This document shows positions 27,815 to 36,225 of a stretch of DNA of 64,000 nucleotides, in pieces (position 1 is the stretch's first letter; every line of letters begins with the position of its first letter). The DNA is taken from positions 24,404-88,403 of the forward strand of contig JAUSHZ010000007.1 of NCBI GenBank assembly GCA_030648255.1, read 5' to 3'. Position numbers and translations under genes: made by a program. Origin of the DNA: a bacterium (GTDB lineage: Bacteria > Patescibacteriota > Minisyncoccia > Minisyncoccales > CG1-02-41-26). The notes below the pieces were generated by a model, which did no database searches, had not been told where the DNA came from, and saw nothing but the letters and a program-made list of their open reading frames with translations.

Positions 27815-28231
27815 TTAACTTTTAACTCTTTTTGCTCCGTATTTAGATCTTCCATTTTTTCTGCCAGCCACCCCTGTGGTATCTAAATGTCCTCTAACAA
27901 TATGATATCTCACGCCGGGTAAATCTTTAACCCTTCCCCCTCTCACCAAAACCATTGAGTGCTCTTGTAGGTTGTGGCCTTCCCCGCCAATATAAGCAGA
28001 AACTTCTTTGCCATTTGATAGCTTAACCCTGGCTACTTTTCGTAAAGCCGAGTTTGGTTTTTTTGGAGTAACTGTGAAAACCTTAGTGCAAATTCCTCTC
28101 TTAAATGGAGACGCGTAGTCCTGTGGCCTGTTTTTTAAAACATTAAAACCATAAGTCAAAGCTCTCATCTTGATTGTTTTTTTCACTGGCTTTCTTGGCT
28201 TTTTAATTAATTGATGAATTGTTGGACACAT
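27815..28231 (-). CDS. rpsL: 30S ribosomal protein S12
   Basis: [11 protein letters not shown], 138 aa. Confidence 0.95.
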   Translation of the reverse strand: MCPTIHQLIKKPRKPVKKTIKMRALTYGFNVLKNRPQDYASPFKRGICTKVFTVTPKKPNSALRKVARVKLSNGKEVSAYIGGEGHNLQEHSMVLVRGGRVKDLPGVRYHIVRGHLDTTGVAGRKNGRSKYGAKRVKS

Positions 28232-28280
28232 AAATAATAAAAATAAATAAAAAATAAATCACTCTTTCACAAGTAAATTT

Positions 28281-28309
28281 AATTTACCAAATAAAAAATT
28301 TAATGTCAA
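28281..28309 (-). promoter_or_regulatory. promoter of rpsL-led ribosomal operon
   Basis: minus: TTGACA-17-TAAATT about 45 nt before rpsL ATG. Confidence 0.6.
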
Positions 28310-28323
28310 CAATGCTTGAACTA

Positions 28324-28356
28324 AAACTCAGCAGATATCTGCTGAGTTTAGTTTTT
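28324..28356. terminator. bidirectional palindromic terminator
   Basis: 26-nt perfect palindrome aaactcagcagat|atctgctgagttt flanked by T/A runs. Confidence 0.6.
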
Positions 28357-28366
28357 AAAATAATTT

Positions 28367-29317
28367 TTACTTACACTGCTGGGGTTTCACAGAGGTGCAG
28401 GTCAATGTTCCGTCAAGTGCTGTGCACCAAGTAATTCCTGCTTTGTCTGTATCTCCAATTCCCAAACAGCCAGTCAACGCTCCACTTCCTATCATAACTG
28501 TTGTCGAAGCAGAAGACGACACCTCCAAATTATACGCCGGCGTTGTCGTCCCAATCCCGATATTACCCTTCAATATTGTTTTCGTAATACTAGTATTTCC
28601 TAAAGTTACAGAATTGCTGCCATTGCCTATAGCACTCGCTCCTATTACTATTTCATTGGTATTCCCGTCTGCTCCAGCCATTGCGTTATAACCCTCATAA
28701 ACAGAGTTACTGGAAGTTGTATTGGCGGTAACACCATCGGCAATATAAACACCAGCCTTCGTGCCATTGGCGGTGTTTTGATAACCAGTATTATAGTAGA
28801 GAGCCTGCATACCGTTAGCGGTATTTTGATAACCAGTAGTGTTTGAGAAAAGAGCCTGCATACCGTTAGCGGTATTGTAATCGCCAGCAGTATTAGAATA
28901 AAGGGCATACACGCCATTAGCTGTATTTGTATATCCTGTAGTGTTAGAGTAGAGAGATCTATAACCAACAGCAGTATTATAACCCGCTTCATTTGTACTG
29001 GCTGTTGAACTTGCCATCCCCGCTTGATAGCCAACAAAAGTATTGTATAAGGATACATCATAATGACCTGCCTGGTAGCCAATATTAGTTTTAAAGCCAA
29101 TATTATTAAAATCAATTAGATCAGTAACCGCTATACCAAGAGAGGTTAGATATGTAGTAGTAGTTGTAGCTAATGTGCTAGTACTAAAAACATCTAGAGC
29201 TCCCCCAATAGAAACATTATTACCAATTGTGGTAACAGCTTGGGCGACTATAACTACGCAAAAAACCGTTGTTATGACGCTCACTACTACAGTAAAAATT
29301 TGCTTTTTATTATTCAT
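28367..29317 (-). CDS. membrane-anchored surface protein with GYxNTANG repeats (tail-fibre / YadA-head-like) and Cys-rich C-terminus
   Basis: N-terminal TM; ~8 tandem ~14-aa repeats NTANGxxALYSNTxGY; GNIGIGTTTPAYNLEV resembles tail-fibre neck motif. Confidence 0.55.
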   Translation of the reverse strand: MNNKKQIFTVVVSVITTVFCVVIVAQAVTTIGNNVSIGGALDVFSTSTLATTTTTYLTSLGIAVTDLIDFNNIGFKTNIGYQAGHYDVSLYNTFVGYQAGMASSTASTNEAGYNTAVGYRSLYSNTTGYTNTANGVYALYSNTAGDYNTANGMQALFSNTTGYQNTANGMQALYYNTGYQNTANGTKAGVYIADGVTANTTSSNSVYEGYNAMAGADGNTNEIVIGASAIGNGSNSVTLGNTSITKTILKGNIGIGTTTPAYNLEVSSSASTTVMIGSGALTGCLGIGDTDKAGITWCTALDGTLTCTSVKPQQCK

Positions 29318-29448
29318 AGCTTCTTCATTCTTAATTTTTTAGTTTATATCCTATACTACCTTTTACACTTAGTCAAACAAAAAACTAACACTTTTTGTTA
29401 GTTAAATTTTTACTTCACTTTACCCGCGGTCGCCGGTATTTTGAAGCA

Positions 29449-29478
29449 TTGACAAATGACTTTGAAATTTGCTATTAT
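29449..29478 (+). promoter_or_regulatory. consensus sigma70 promoter
   Basis: TTGACA-18-TATTAT. Confidence 0.65.
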
Positions 29479-29484
29479 TTAAAT

Positions 29485-29611
29485 AACCTGCTGGATGCCT
29501 TAGTGACCACCGCTCGTAATTGACGGTCTGAGCTAAGGATTACTTGGGCACAGACCCAAGTCGATCCCTGCAGAACGAAGCCCGCGGCTATTTAAGCCGT
29601 GGTTTTCGTTT
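29485..29611 (+). ncRNA. candidate small RNA (~125 nt), convergent with and overlapping 3' end of ORF 29588-30103
   Basis: stems ccttag/ctaagg, cttggg/cccaag; terminator cccgcggct-attta-agccgtgg + UUUUCGUUU. Confidence 0.45.
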
Positions 29612-30103
29612 ATCTGAAGAAAAAATGTCTAAAACATTATTGGCTTTTACTACAACATCTGGCTTTCTTTCACCTCGGAAAACAGCGATGGCCTCTTGAT
29701 GCGCTTTACTTTTCTTGCCTATTTGGCTAAAAGACACCTTTGGCGATTTAATTTTATTTTTATCAAACAAAGAAAGTAAGATGCTTCTAATTACGGCTTC
29801 GTGACCTGGGTATTCTCTATCAATAATTAAAGAATCAATTTTTTCGTTTTTAATTAGTAAAAATACTAAACCAGCAAAAATTCTAAATACAAAATTTTTG
29901 TGGGGCCTGTCTATCTCTCGCATAACAATTAAAACCTTTCGTTTTTCTTTAGCGCTAATCAAAAGAGTTCTCGCCTTACCATTAGCAAAACAAACTACCG
30001 TTAGTTTCCTAGTATCTTCAACTTTTCCTGATTGATCAATTTCTATAGGCATAAAGTTATCATAATTTATTCTAATTCTAACATAAGGATTTTTACAAAA
30101 CAA
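29588..30103 (-). CDS. hypothetical protein (171 aa)
   Basis: ORF only; no family recognised. Confidence 0.4.
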   Translation of the reverse strand: MFCKNPYVRIRINYDNFMPIEIDQSGKVEDTRKLTVVCFANGKARTLLISAKEKRKVLIVMREIDRPHKNFVFRIFAGLVFLLIKNEKIDSLIIDREYPGHEAVIRSILLSLFDKNKIKSPKVSFSQIGKKSKAHQEAIAVFRGERKPDVVVKANNVLDIFSSDKRKPRLK

Positions 30104-30340
30104 AACCGCCCTAATAAAATCAAAAGCGGAATTTTGTTTAGTATTTTATTTTTTTATTTCGCTGGGAAGGCTGGAATATTTGGTCTTATCTGGATTGACT
30201 GGGCGGTGATGCTGCCGTCATAGCTAGCGATTTTTCATCACCTTTCAAGTTGTGGAAATATCATACCATTTTTCACCCAAAATTCAAACCCTAAAATACA
30301 ACAACGTTCGGAGTTCCGAACGCTGTCTAATATGCAAAGC

Positions 30341-30436
30341 TCATTTAATATTATGATTTTTGCCAAAAAATTGGCTAAAAAACACAACACACAAAACAAG
30401 AATACTAGCAATTAAAGTACTATAATTAATGGTCAT
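30341..30436 (-). CDS. 31-aa hydrophobic peptide (type I toxin-like or membrane leader peptide)
   Basis: AAGGAGG 10 nt upstream; MTINYSTLIASILVLCVVFFSQFFGKNHNIK has one TM then polar tail; not in ORF track. Confidence 0.45.
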   Translation of the reverse strand: MTINYSTLIASILVLCVVFFSQFFGKNHNIK

Positions 30437-30518
30437 TATTTACGCCTCCTTTTAAGTTAAAGAGCCCTTACTTAAGACACAAAAGAAATTGCTATACTTT
30501 AGCAACTTTTTTTGTGGC

Positions 30519-31142
30519 TCAAACGATTTTTGTTCCAACCAAAAACTGAAAAATCTCCATCAAATAACTTCCAAAATACGGGAATACAAAATAAATAAAC
30601 ATAATAAGAAAAAATATTCCAAATTGGTTTAAAAAAGCTATGGCGTTTTCTGCTGATTTTGGTAAAAAAGCAAACAAAATATGCGAGCCGTCAAGCGGAG
30701 GTATCGGCACCAAATTAAAAAATGCCAATAGTAAATTTATCCAAACAACTTCCAAGAAAATCGCCCCTAAATTTTGGCTAAATAAAGAACTGCCCAATGG
30801 TAAAAAGCGCAAAACTAAAGTAAAAATCAAAGCCACAGAAATATTAGCCAAGGGACCTGCCATAGCCACCTTAGCTTCGCCATATTTTCTATCTCGCAAG
30901 GCATACGGATTTATTGGCACTGGTTTTGCCCAGCCAATCAACATACTGCTATGAGATATTACCAAAAGCAAAGGCACAATTATTGAGCCAAACAAATCAA
31001 TGTGTTTTATGGGGTTTAAGGTTATTCTCCCCATATCTCTGGCGGTTCTATCTCCCAAGCGTTCAGCCATGGCTCCATGGGCCACTTCGTGGATAATAAT
31101 AGAAAAAACCAAAACAATTACGCTAAAAATAATATCAATCAT
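30519..31142 (-). CDS. site-2 protease family (peptidase M50) zinc metalloprotease
   Basis: HEVAHG ... NLVPIPPLDGSH. Confidence 0.85.
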   Translation of the reverse strand: MIDIIFSVIVLVFSIIIHEVAHGAMAERLGDRTARDMGRITLNPIKHIDLFGSIIVPLLLVISHSSMLIGWAKPVPINPYALRDRKYGEAKVAMAGPLANISVALIFTLVLRFLPLGSSLFSQNLGAIFLEVVWINLLLAFFNLVPIPPLDGSHILFAFLPKSAENAIAFLNQFGIFFLIMFIYFVFPYFGSYLMEIFQFLVGTKIV

Positions 31143-31191
31143 TGTTTTTTCTTACATATTATACTAATATGATTAAAACTACAAATTAAAT

Positions 31192-31310
31192 GGTGGGCTA
31201 CCCCAGCTCAAATTTTGCGAAGTAATGCGGGGGCAACCCGCTTCGCCCACCGCCAGCTGGCGGTAAGGGATGGGGCTATTCGCCCCACGCAGGTTGCAAG
31301 ATATTTTTTT
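31192..31310. ncRNA. multi-stem structured element between M50 gene and rpmB (strand ambiguous; leader or sRNA)
   Basis: outer 7-bp ggtgggc/gcccacc; inner hairpins cgaag..cttcg, gcggg/cccgc, palindrome ccgccagctggcgg, ggggc-tatt-cgcccc. Confidence 0.4.
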
Positions 31311-31401
31311 AAGTTTAATTAAATTTTATATAAAGTGGTGTTAGCGGAGGCAAAATTTGAGCGGGGTGCTCATTTTGTTAATTCGCTTCGCTCAAAACAA
31401 A

Positions 31402-31686
31402 ATGGCAAAAGTATGTACAATATGTGGCAAGGGCTCATTAATGTTTGGAAAATTAAACAAGTTAAGGGGAAAATATAACCCAGCCCCAAAAGTAAGAAAA
31501 TACCCAAACCTTCAATGGCTAACTGTGCCAAAAGATGTTCGCAATAAAAAATTCACTAAGCTTGCTGGCCAAAGAATCGAGGCCTGTACTAAGTGTATTA
31601 AAACTTTATCTAAGCCCGTGCGACAGAAAAAGCAAAAAGAATCTCCAAAAGAAGAAGTAAAAGAACCCGCAAAAATCGGGGCATAG
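31402..31686 (+). CDS. rpmB: 50S ribosomal protein L28 with Lys-rich C-terminal extension
   Basis: MAKVCTICGKG...YPNLQ; start at 31402 rather than track's 31357. Confidence 0.75.
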   Translation: MAKVCTICGKGSLMFGKLNKLRGKYNPAPKVRKYPNLQWLTVPKDVRNKKFTKLAGQRIEACTKCIKTLSKPVRQKKQKESPKEEVKEPAKIGA

Positions 31687-31756
31687 TATATCAGTATTAT
31701 GCAGGGCTGGGGGTCCTGTGAGCTGGGTGCGATTCCCAGTGCCCCGACTGTAAAGC

Positions 31757-31784
31757 CCGCCAAACCAAAAACCGCCGAAAGGCG
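31757..31784. terminator. bidirectional terminator after rpmB
   Basis: aaaaaccgccgaaaggcggttttt. Confidence 0.75.
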
Positions 31785-31832
31785 GTTTTTGGTTAAATTA
31801 TTACACTGGTAAGACCTGTGTAAAACTTTATC

Positions 31833-31862
31833 TTGACAATGGTTATATTTTTTTGCTAATAT
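31833..31862 (+). promoter_or_regulatory. consensus sigma70 promoter
   Basis: TTGACA-18-TAATAT. Confidence 0.65.
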
Positions 31863-31868
31863 AACAGT

Positions 31869-32060
31869 GTGCTTGTGGGGCGTCAGCCCTATTCGGCTAA
31901 TTCCTAAGCTGAAGGCAGGCACATTTACATCTTCTTGCGGGGCTGAAATGCAGAAAATCGGCTCTACTGCGGGGTGCGAGTAGTCCCTTTACGGGGTATC
32001 CAAAGCGCTACGAGGGAGGGTTGCCGTCCTCCCAGCTCCACAAGAGGATGTATTTTTTTA
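31869..32060 (+). ncRNA. candidate ~190-nt small RNA (ends base-paired, 6S-like architecture; identity unknown)
   Basis: 5' gcttgtgg pairs with 3' ccacaagc; gggagg-gttgccgt-cctccc hairpin then U-run 32052-32059. Confidence 0.45.
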
Positions 32061-32247
32061 TATAATCGTTATCTCGCAATCTAAATGCTGTGGCAATTTG
32101 AATTTCTTCTAATTCTATTCCATCGCATAATATTTTTACAGCTTCAATGGAGCATAAATAATCTAAACTTCCAATTCTTTTCACCAAGCAATACCCACCC
32201 CGTTTGCTTGTTTTATTTTGGTAAATTTTATCTGGATACTTAACTAT

Positions 32248-32436
32248 TTATTCCTCAACCTCAACCCCACACTCCCGACAAAAAATCTTAAAATCATTTA
32301 TGTTCTCGGTATGGTCAACCTGAAGCTGGCCATCAGAAAAAGTCAAAATGTCGTATTGATTCGGCTCACTAACAAACTCCCCCGCCCCACACTTCGCACA
32401 ACACCCATCAACTATTTTAAAAAACTTTTTTGACAT
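32248..32436 (-). CDS. small zinc-ribbon protein
   Basis: CCAKCGAG ... CRECG. Confidence 0.5.
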   Translation of the reverse strand: MSKKFFKIVDGCCAKCGAGEFVSEPNQYDILTFSDGQLQVDHTENINDFKIFCRECGVEVEE

Positions 32437-32440
32437 GAGT

Positions 32441-32983
32441 TTAAAATATTCTAAAAATAAAAAAATCTTGTGGTAAAAAAGAAACTAGAATAACCGTAGT
32501 GCCAATGACAAATAAAATTAGTAAAACATTTAATGCGGTAGTTCCATAATTTTCCTGTTCTTTTGGTTGCTTCATTGTGTTTGCTAAATTTATCGTTTTT
32601 TCTTTTAATTGTTCCATTCTAATTTCTATCAAATCCTTTGACACTATTTGCATTCTTGCCTCAATGATTTTACCTAATTCCTTAATCCATTTTTTATATT
32701 TTCCAGCTTCATCAATAAAAGTTCTCTTCACCCAAAAAATTGCGTATGCGATAGATAAAAATAATATAAATTGTCCAAGTAGCCATAATTCTAAATGTTT
32801 TGCAAAAGATAATGCTGTAAAGCCAAAACCAGCTATTAAACCAAACACTTGGACTAATTTATATACATAATCAAGTGCCCTTTCCCTCACTTTCTCGTGT
32901 GCTTGCACTATTTCTTCCTGTAATTTTATATCCTCGTGAAGATAATATAAATTATCTTTGAGTAATTGTGTGTATTCTTTCAT
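32441..32983 (-). CDS. hypothetical membrane protein
   Basis: 2-3 TM helices. Confidence 0.45.
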   Translation of the reverse strand: MKEYTQLLKDNLYYLHEDIKLQEEIVQAHEKVRERALDYVYKLVQVFGLIAGFGFTALSFAKHLELWLLGQFILFLSIAYAIFWVKRTFIDEAGKYKKWIKELGKIIEARMQIVSKDLIEIRMEQLKEKTINLANTMKQPKEQENYGTTALNVLLILFVIGTTVILVSFLPQDFFIFRIF

Positions 32984-33036
32984 ATTTTAAAAACCTTCTT
33001 TGCCATAGATTTAATTAGCTGGAATCTAAAAGAAAT

Positions 33037-33285
33037 TTACCTATATTTTTCTGGCATAAATTTTGCTTCTTCCTGCCAAGTCAAATTAAATACATCTTCG
33101 CCAATTCTATGAAATTCAAATAGACAATCTCCATCTACACATCCATCTTCTTCGTCCCATTCCTCAACACTAACCATATTTTCGTCTTTTAAACAATCAA
33201 CCGTACCTAATCCATTTTTTTCGCAAATGTCTGCTATATCGTCAAAAGAATACTTTTTATCTTTTGTAAAAATTTCCATAATCAT
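33037..33285 (-). CDS. small acidic protein
   Basis: ORF only. Confidence 0.35.
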   Translation of the reverse strand: MIMEIFTKDKKYSFDDIADICEKNGLGTVDCLKDENMVSVEEWDEEDGCVDGDCLFEFHRIGEDVFNLTWQEEAKFMPEKYR

Positions 33286-33457
33286 AATTAAGAAATATTT
33301 CTTTTACATCTTTTTTTGAGTATCTCTCAATAACAACACTCTTATTCCAAACTTGTAGATCTTTTCCCTCGTACTCCAAATAATCAAACGGCTCAGTAGT
33401 CGTTTTGAAATACGAATAAATTTTATTGTATTGAGATTCTAATTTTTTATAATTCAT
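33257..33457 (-). CDS. small hypothetical protein (overlaps next ORF by 29 nt)
   Basis: ORF only. Confidence 0.3.
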   Translation of the reverse strand: MNYKKLESQYNKIYSYFKTTTEPFDYLEYEGKDLQVWNKSVVIERYSKKDVKEIFLNYDYGNFYKR

Positions 33458-33462
33458 AATTT

Positions 33463-34305
33463 TTATGAAAAATCTGTTAAAAACTTGATTTGGTTTGCTT
33501 GTTGCACATTAAAGTTTATTTTATTTTTGATAAATTCCAAACGATATTCTGGAGAAATTTCCCCGCCATTTGCCAACCTATCTAAAATCATTTGATAATA
33601 TTTAGGATGTATTTCACAAGAAACAAAATCTCTCTTAAGTTCTTTACATTTTAGTAGCTCTGAACCACTCCCACCAAACAACACAAAAATATTGTCGCCT
33701 TCTTTGGTGCTTGATTTTATCAACATTTCAACTAAGCTCAAAGGTATTTGGCAAGAATGAAAAGTTTTATCTTTAGAAACATTTTTAACTAAATCAAAAT
33801 AAAACCAAGAGTATGGCATCCTTCCAGCACTTCCATTTTTAATTCTTCCCTGTATTCTTTTATCGGTTGGATTTTGATAGGGTAAAGCAACTTGATCTTT
33901 ATAAAAATTATTATTTTTTGTTTTTGTAGCGTGTAAAATAACTCTATGGGCAGTGGTAAATTTTTTATCGCTATGGCCAATATTTGAGTTATAAACCCAA
34001 ACATAGTCATTTACTAAAAAGGCATTGTCGTCTAGAAATTTTACTCTTAAATAGGCATTTTGTTTTGGGTAATTCATCATAAATAAATTCCCTGTCGGTT
34101 TTAAAACCCTCATACATTCTTTCGTAAGCTCAATATACCAATCAATATACTCATTCCATTTAGCGGTAAATTTTTTACCAGCATAATTTATGCCCACATT
34201 ATAATCTGGGTCACCATATACCATATCAACCGAATTATCTGGCATTTTCTTTAGAGTAACTAGAATATCGTCATTAAAAATTTTGTTTATAAAATTTTCT
34301 ATCAT
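33463..34305 (-). CDS. DNA methyltransferase, beta-class N6A/N4C
   Basis: DPDY (motif IV-like) near N-term, FVLFGGSGSE (motif I) near C-term. Confidence 0.75.
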   Translation of the reverse strand: MIENFINKIFNDDILVTLKKMPDNSVDMVYGDPDYNVGINYAGKKFTAKWNEYIDWYIELTKECMRVLKPTGNLFMMNYPKQNAYLRVKFLDDNAFLVNDYVWVYNSNIGHSDKKFTTAHRVILHATKTKNNNFYKDQVALPYQNPTDKRIQGRIKNGSAGRMPYSWFYFDLVKNVSKDKTFHSCQIPLSLVEMLIKSSTKEGDNIFVLFGGSGSELLKCKELKRDFVSCEIHPKYYQMILDRLANGGEISPEYRLEFIKNKINFNVQQANQIKFLTDFS

Positions 34306-35141
34306 TTTTTGTTTTGATTTATTAAGTTATACCTAACTGACTTTAAAAATTTAATTGAAGTTATGTCTTGGGGATTAGTAAAAGTATAAGCATACAAATT
34401 AAGTGCATCAAACCCCTTTTGCCTTTCCCTGACCACATAGATACAAACAATTTCTTTTATTTTTGTTTTTAATTCTGGTTTTTGTTTTGCCTGCCAATAA
34501 TAAAGAAAGGGGTGGTAAATTTGGTATATCGAAAAATTCGTTGGCTTACCATTTTTTGCTTCAAAAATCCCTATTTTGCCCATAAATTCAATCGTTAAAT
34601 CAATCTCAATCTGAACTTTATTTAGTTTTATCCCTACATTTTTACCAAAACCATACCCTAAATTAGCTTTTGTTCTATGGGGAAAATATGTTTTTGGTCT
34701 ACTGGCAATGTCCGAATTATCAAACTCTTTGTCTTGACCAAATAAAAAGTGATGCAAAATTCGCTGATTGTTTGCAACCGACAAAATATTCGATTCGCTG
34801 GTGTTGTATTGGTTTAAAATTGATTTTTTATATTGCCAATCAATTATCTTTTGTATTGGCTCAAAATTATGATAAATTTTTTCTATATCTTTAATAAACT
34901 GGTGCTTTCCACTTCCTAAATGAATAAGAGCAAAATCTTCTTTTTGCAAAGCAACAGGCAGTCTTTCTTTGGTATCTAGTTTTGTAGCGTCGAAATGATT
35001 TTGAAATCCTACTTTTTTAGAAACCGCTTTAACTAAGTCATTGTCAAAAACAAAATCGTTTTTATCTTTACAAATTTTAAAAATCATCGACAAAACCTTT
35101 TTCTTTTTATTTTCTTTTTGTGAAGCTTTTTTGGTACTCAT
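34302..35141 (-). CDS. putative type II restriction endonuclease (PD-(D/E)xK-like)
   Basis: 4-nt overlap with the methyltransferase gene; EIDLT..IFEAK could be a D..ExK core. Confidence 0.45.
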   Translation of the reverse strand: MSTKKASQKENKKKKVLSMIFKICKDKNDFVFDNDLVKAVSKKVGFQNHFDATKLDTKERLPVALQKEDFALIHLGSGKHQFIKDIEKIYHNFEPIQKIIDWQYKKSILNQYNTSESNILSVANNQRILHHFLFGQDKEFDNSDIASRPKTYFPHRTKANLGYGFGKNVGIKLNKVQIEIDLTIEFMGKIGIFEAKNGKPTNFSIYQIYHPFLYYWQAKQKPELKTKIKEIVCIYVVRERQKGFDALNLYAYTFTNPQDITSIKFLKSVRYNLINQNKK

Positions 35142-35165
35142 AATTTTATTTTTACTATATCAAAA

Positions 35166-35786
35166 TTAAATACTTTTGTCTTTCACTACATCTGTGAAAT
35201 TTCTCAAAACACTGATGACTTTGCCTTGGATTATTACGGTTTTAACATATAGGGGTTTTAAGGCGGGGTTGGCGGGTTGGAGGCGGATGCGGGTTTTTTC
35301 TTTAAATATCTTTTTTAAAGTAACTTCGTTGCCGTTTATCAACGCCACAGCTGTTTCCCCATTTTCTACGGTGTTTTGTTTGCGGATTATCACAGTATCC
35401 CCATCAAAAATACCTTCGTCAATCATACTGTTGCCTTTTACCCCCAAAGCAAAATGTTCGCCCGAGACAGCCACCATATTTTGAGGCACGGTTATAGTTT
35501 CGTGTTCTTCAATAGCTTCAATTGGCTCACCTGCGGCAATGTATCCCTTAAATGGAATGCTAACACTTGACTCCTGCTTGCCAACTTTTACAGCTCTAGC
35601 GATATTTTTTTCTCGCGTAATATAACCCTTTCCTTGCAAGACCTGCATATAGTGGTTCACTGTTGAAACAGACGCCAACTTAAAATGTTTTCTTATTTCC
35701 TCGTGCGATGGGCTATACCCATTTTTTTCAAAACAATTTTGAATATAATCCAAAAACTTTTTTTGTTTTTTAGTAAGTGAAAACAT
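35166..35786 (-). CDS. lexA: LexA repressor (S24 peptidase)
   Basis: winged HTH N-term, GNSM...K catalytic dyad; start at MFSLTKKQKKF. Confidence 0.8.
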   Translation of the reverse strand: MFSLTKKQKKFLDYIQNCFEKNGYSPSHEEIRKHFKLASVSTVNHYMQVLQGKGYITREKNIARAVKVGKQESSVSIPFKGYIAAGEPIEAIEEHETITVPQNMVAVSGEHFALGVKGNSMIDEGIFDGDTVIIRKQNTVENGETAVALINGNEVTLKKIFKEKTRIRLQPANPALKPLYVKTVIIQGKVISVLRNFTDVVKDKSI

Positions 35787-35957
35787 ATGAATACTTTTAT
35801 TCACTGTAATAGAACAAAAATAGAAAATCAAGCCAAGTTATCCACAGCAACCAAAAAGACGGCTTTAGCCGTCATTAGACAAAAACACCCCTTAAAAAAT
35901 TTTACAGAAACTTTGAAAATTCTGCTGGCGAAACATTTATTTCCCGCAAAATTTGTC

Positions 35958-36155
35958 TTAATAATTTAGGCTGTACTTAGGATTTGTTTTCGCTACTTCA
36001 AGGCAAAGCAAGATTGCTTCGCGAATTCTTTCTTTTAAATCCCCTAATGTTTTTGCTTGCGTATGACAACCAGGCAGGGCTGGCACAGAAGCCACGAAAT
36101 AGCCGTCTTCATCCTGCTCAATAATAATTTTATATTGATTGATTTTTTTAGCCAT
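35958..36155 (-). CDS. HicB-family antitoxin-like protein (solo)
   Basis: YKIIIEQDEDGYFVASVPALPGCHTQAKTLGDLKERIREAI. Confidence 0.7.
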   Translation of the reverse strand: MAKKINQYKIIIEQDEDGYFVASVPALPGCHTQAKTLGDLKERIREAILLCLEVAKTNPKYSLNY

Positions 36156-36225
36156 AAGTTTATTTTTATGTTAGACAAAAAATTCCCCAAAGTCAAATTT
36201 TCCGCCAAAATACCATTAACTCATC

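Noticed and set aside
28648-29115. Nested minus-strand 155-aa ORF inside the surface repeat protein gene
   Set aside because: It is an alternative frame of repetitive DNA; the 316-aa frame has the signal anchor and the repeats.
31700-31750. tRNA-like T-arm (ctggg-tgcgatt-cccag) suggesting a tRNA or attachment site after rpmB
   Set aside because: No matching acceptor, D or anticodon arms on either strand, and the loop lacks the TTC motif. It is treated as a simple GC hairpin in the rpmB 3' region.
31512-31922. Minus-strand 136-aa ORF
   Set aside because: It runs antisense through rpmB, the bidirectional terminator and the sRNA promoter. It is a spurious open frame.
35787-35969. Plus-strand 60-aa ORF as a possible HicA partner of HicB
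   Set aside because: It has no HicA motifs and overlaps the lexA start and promoter on the opposite strand.
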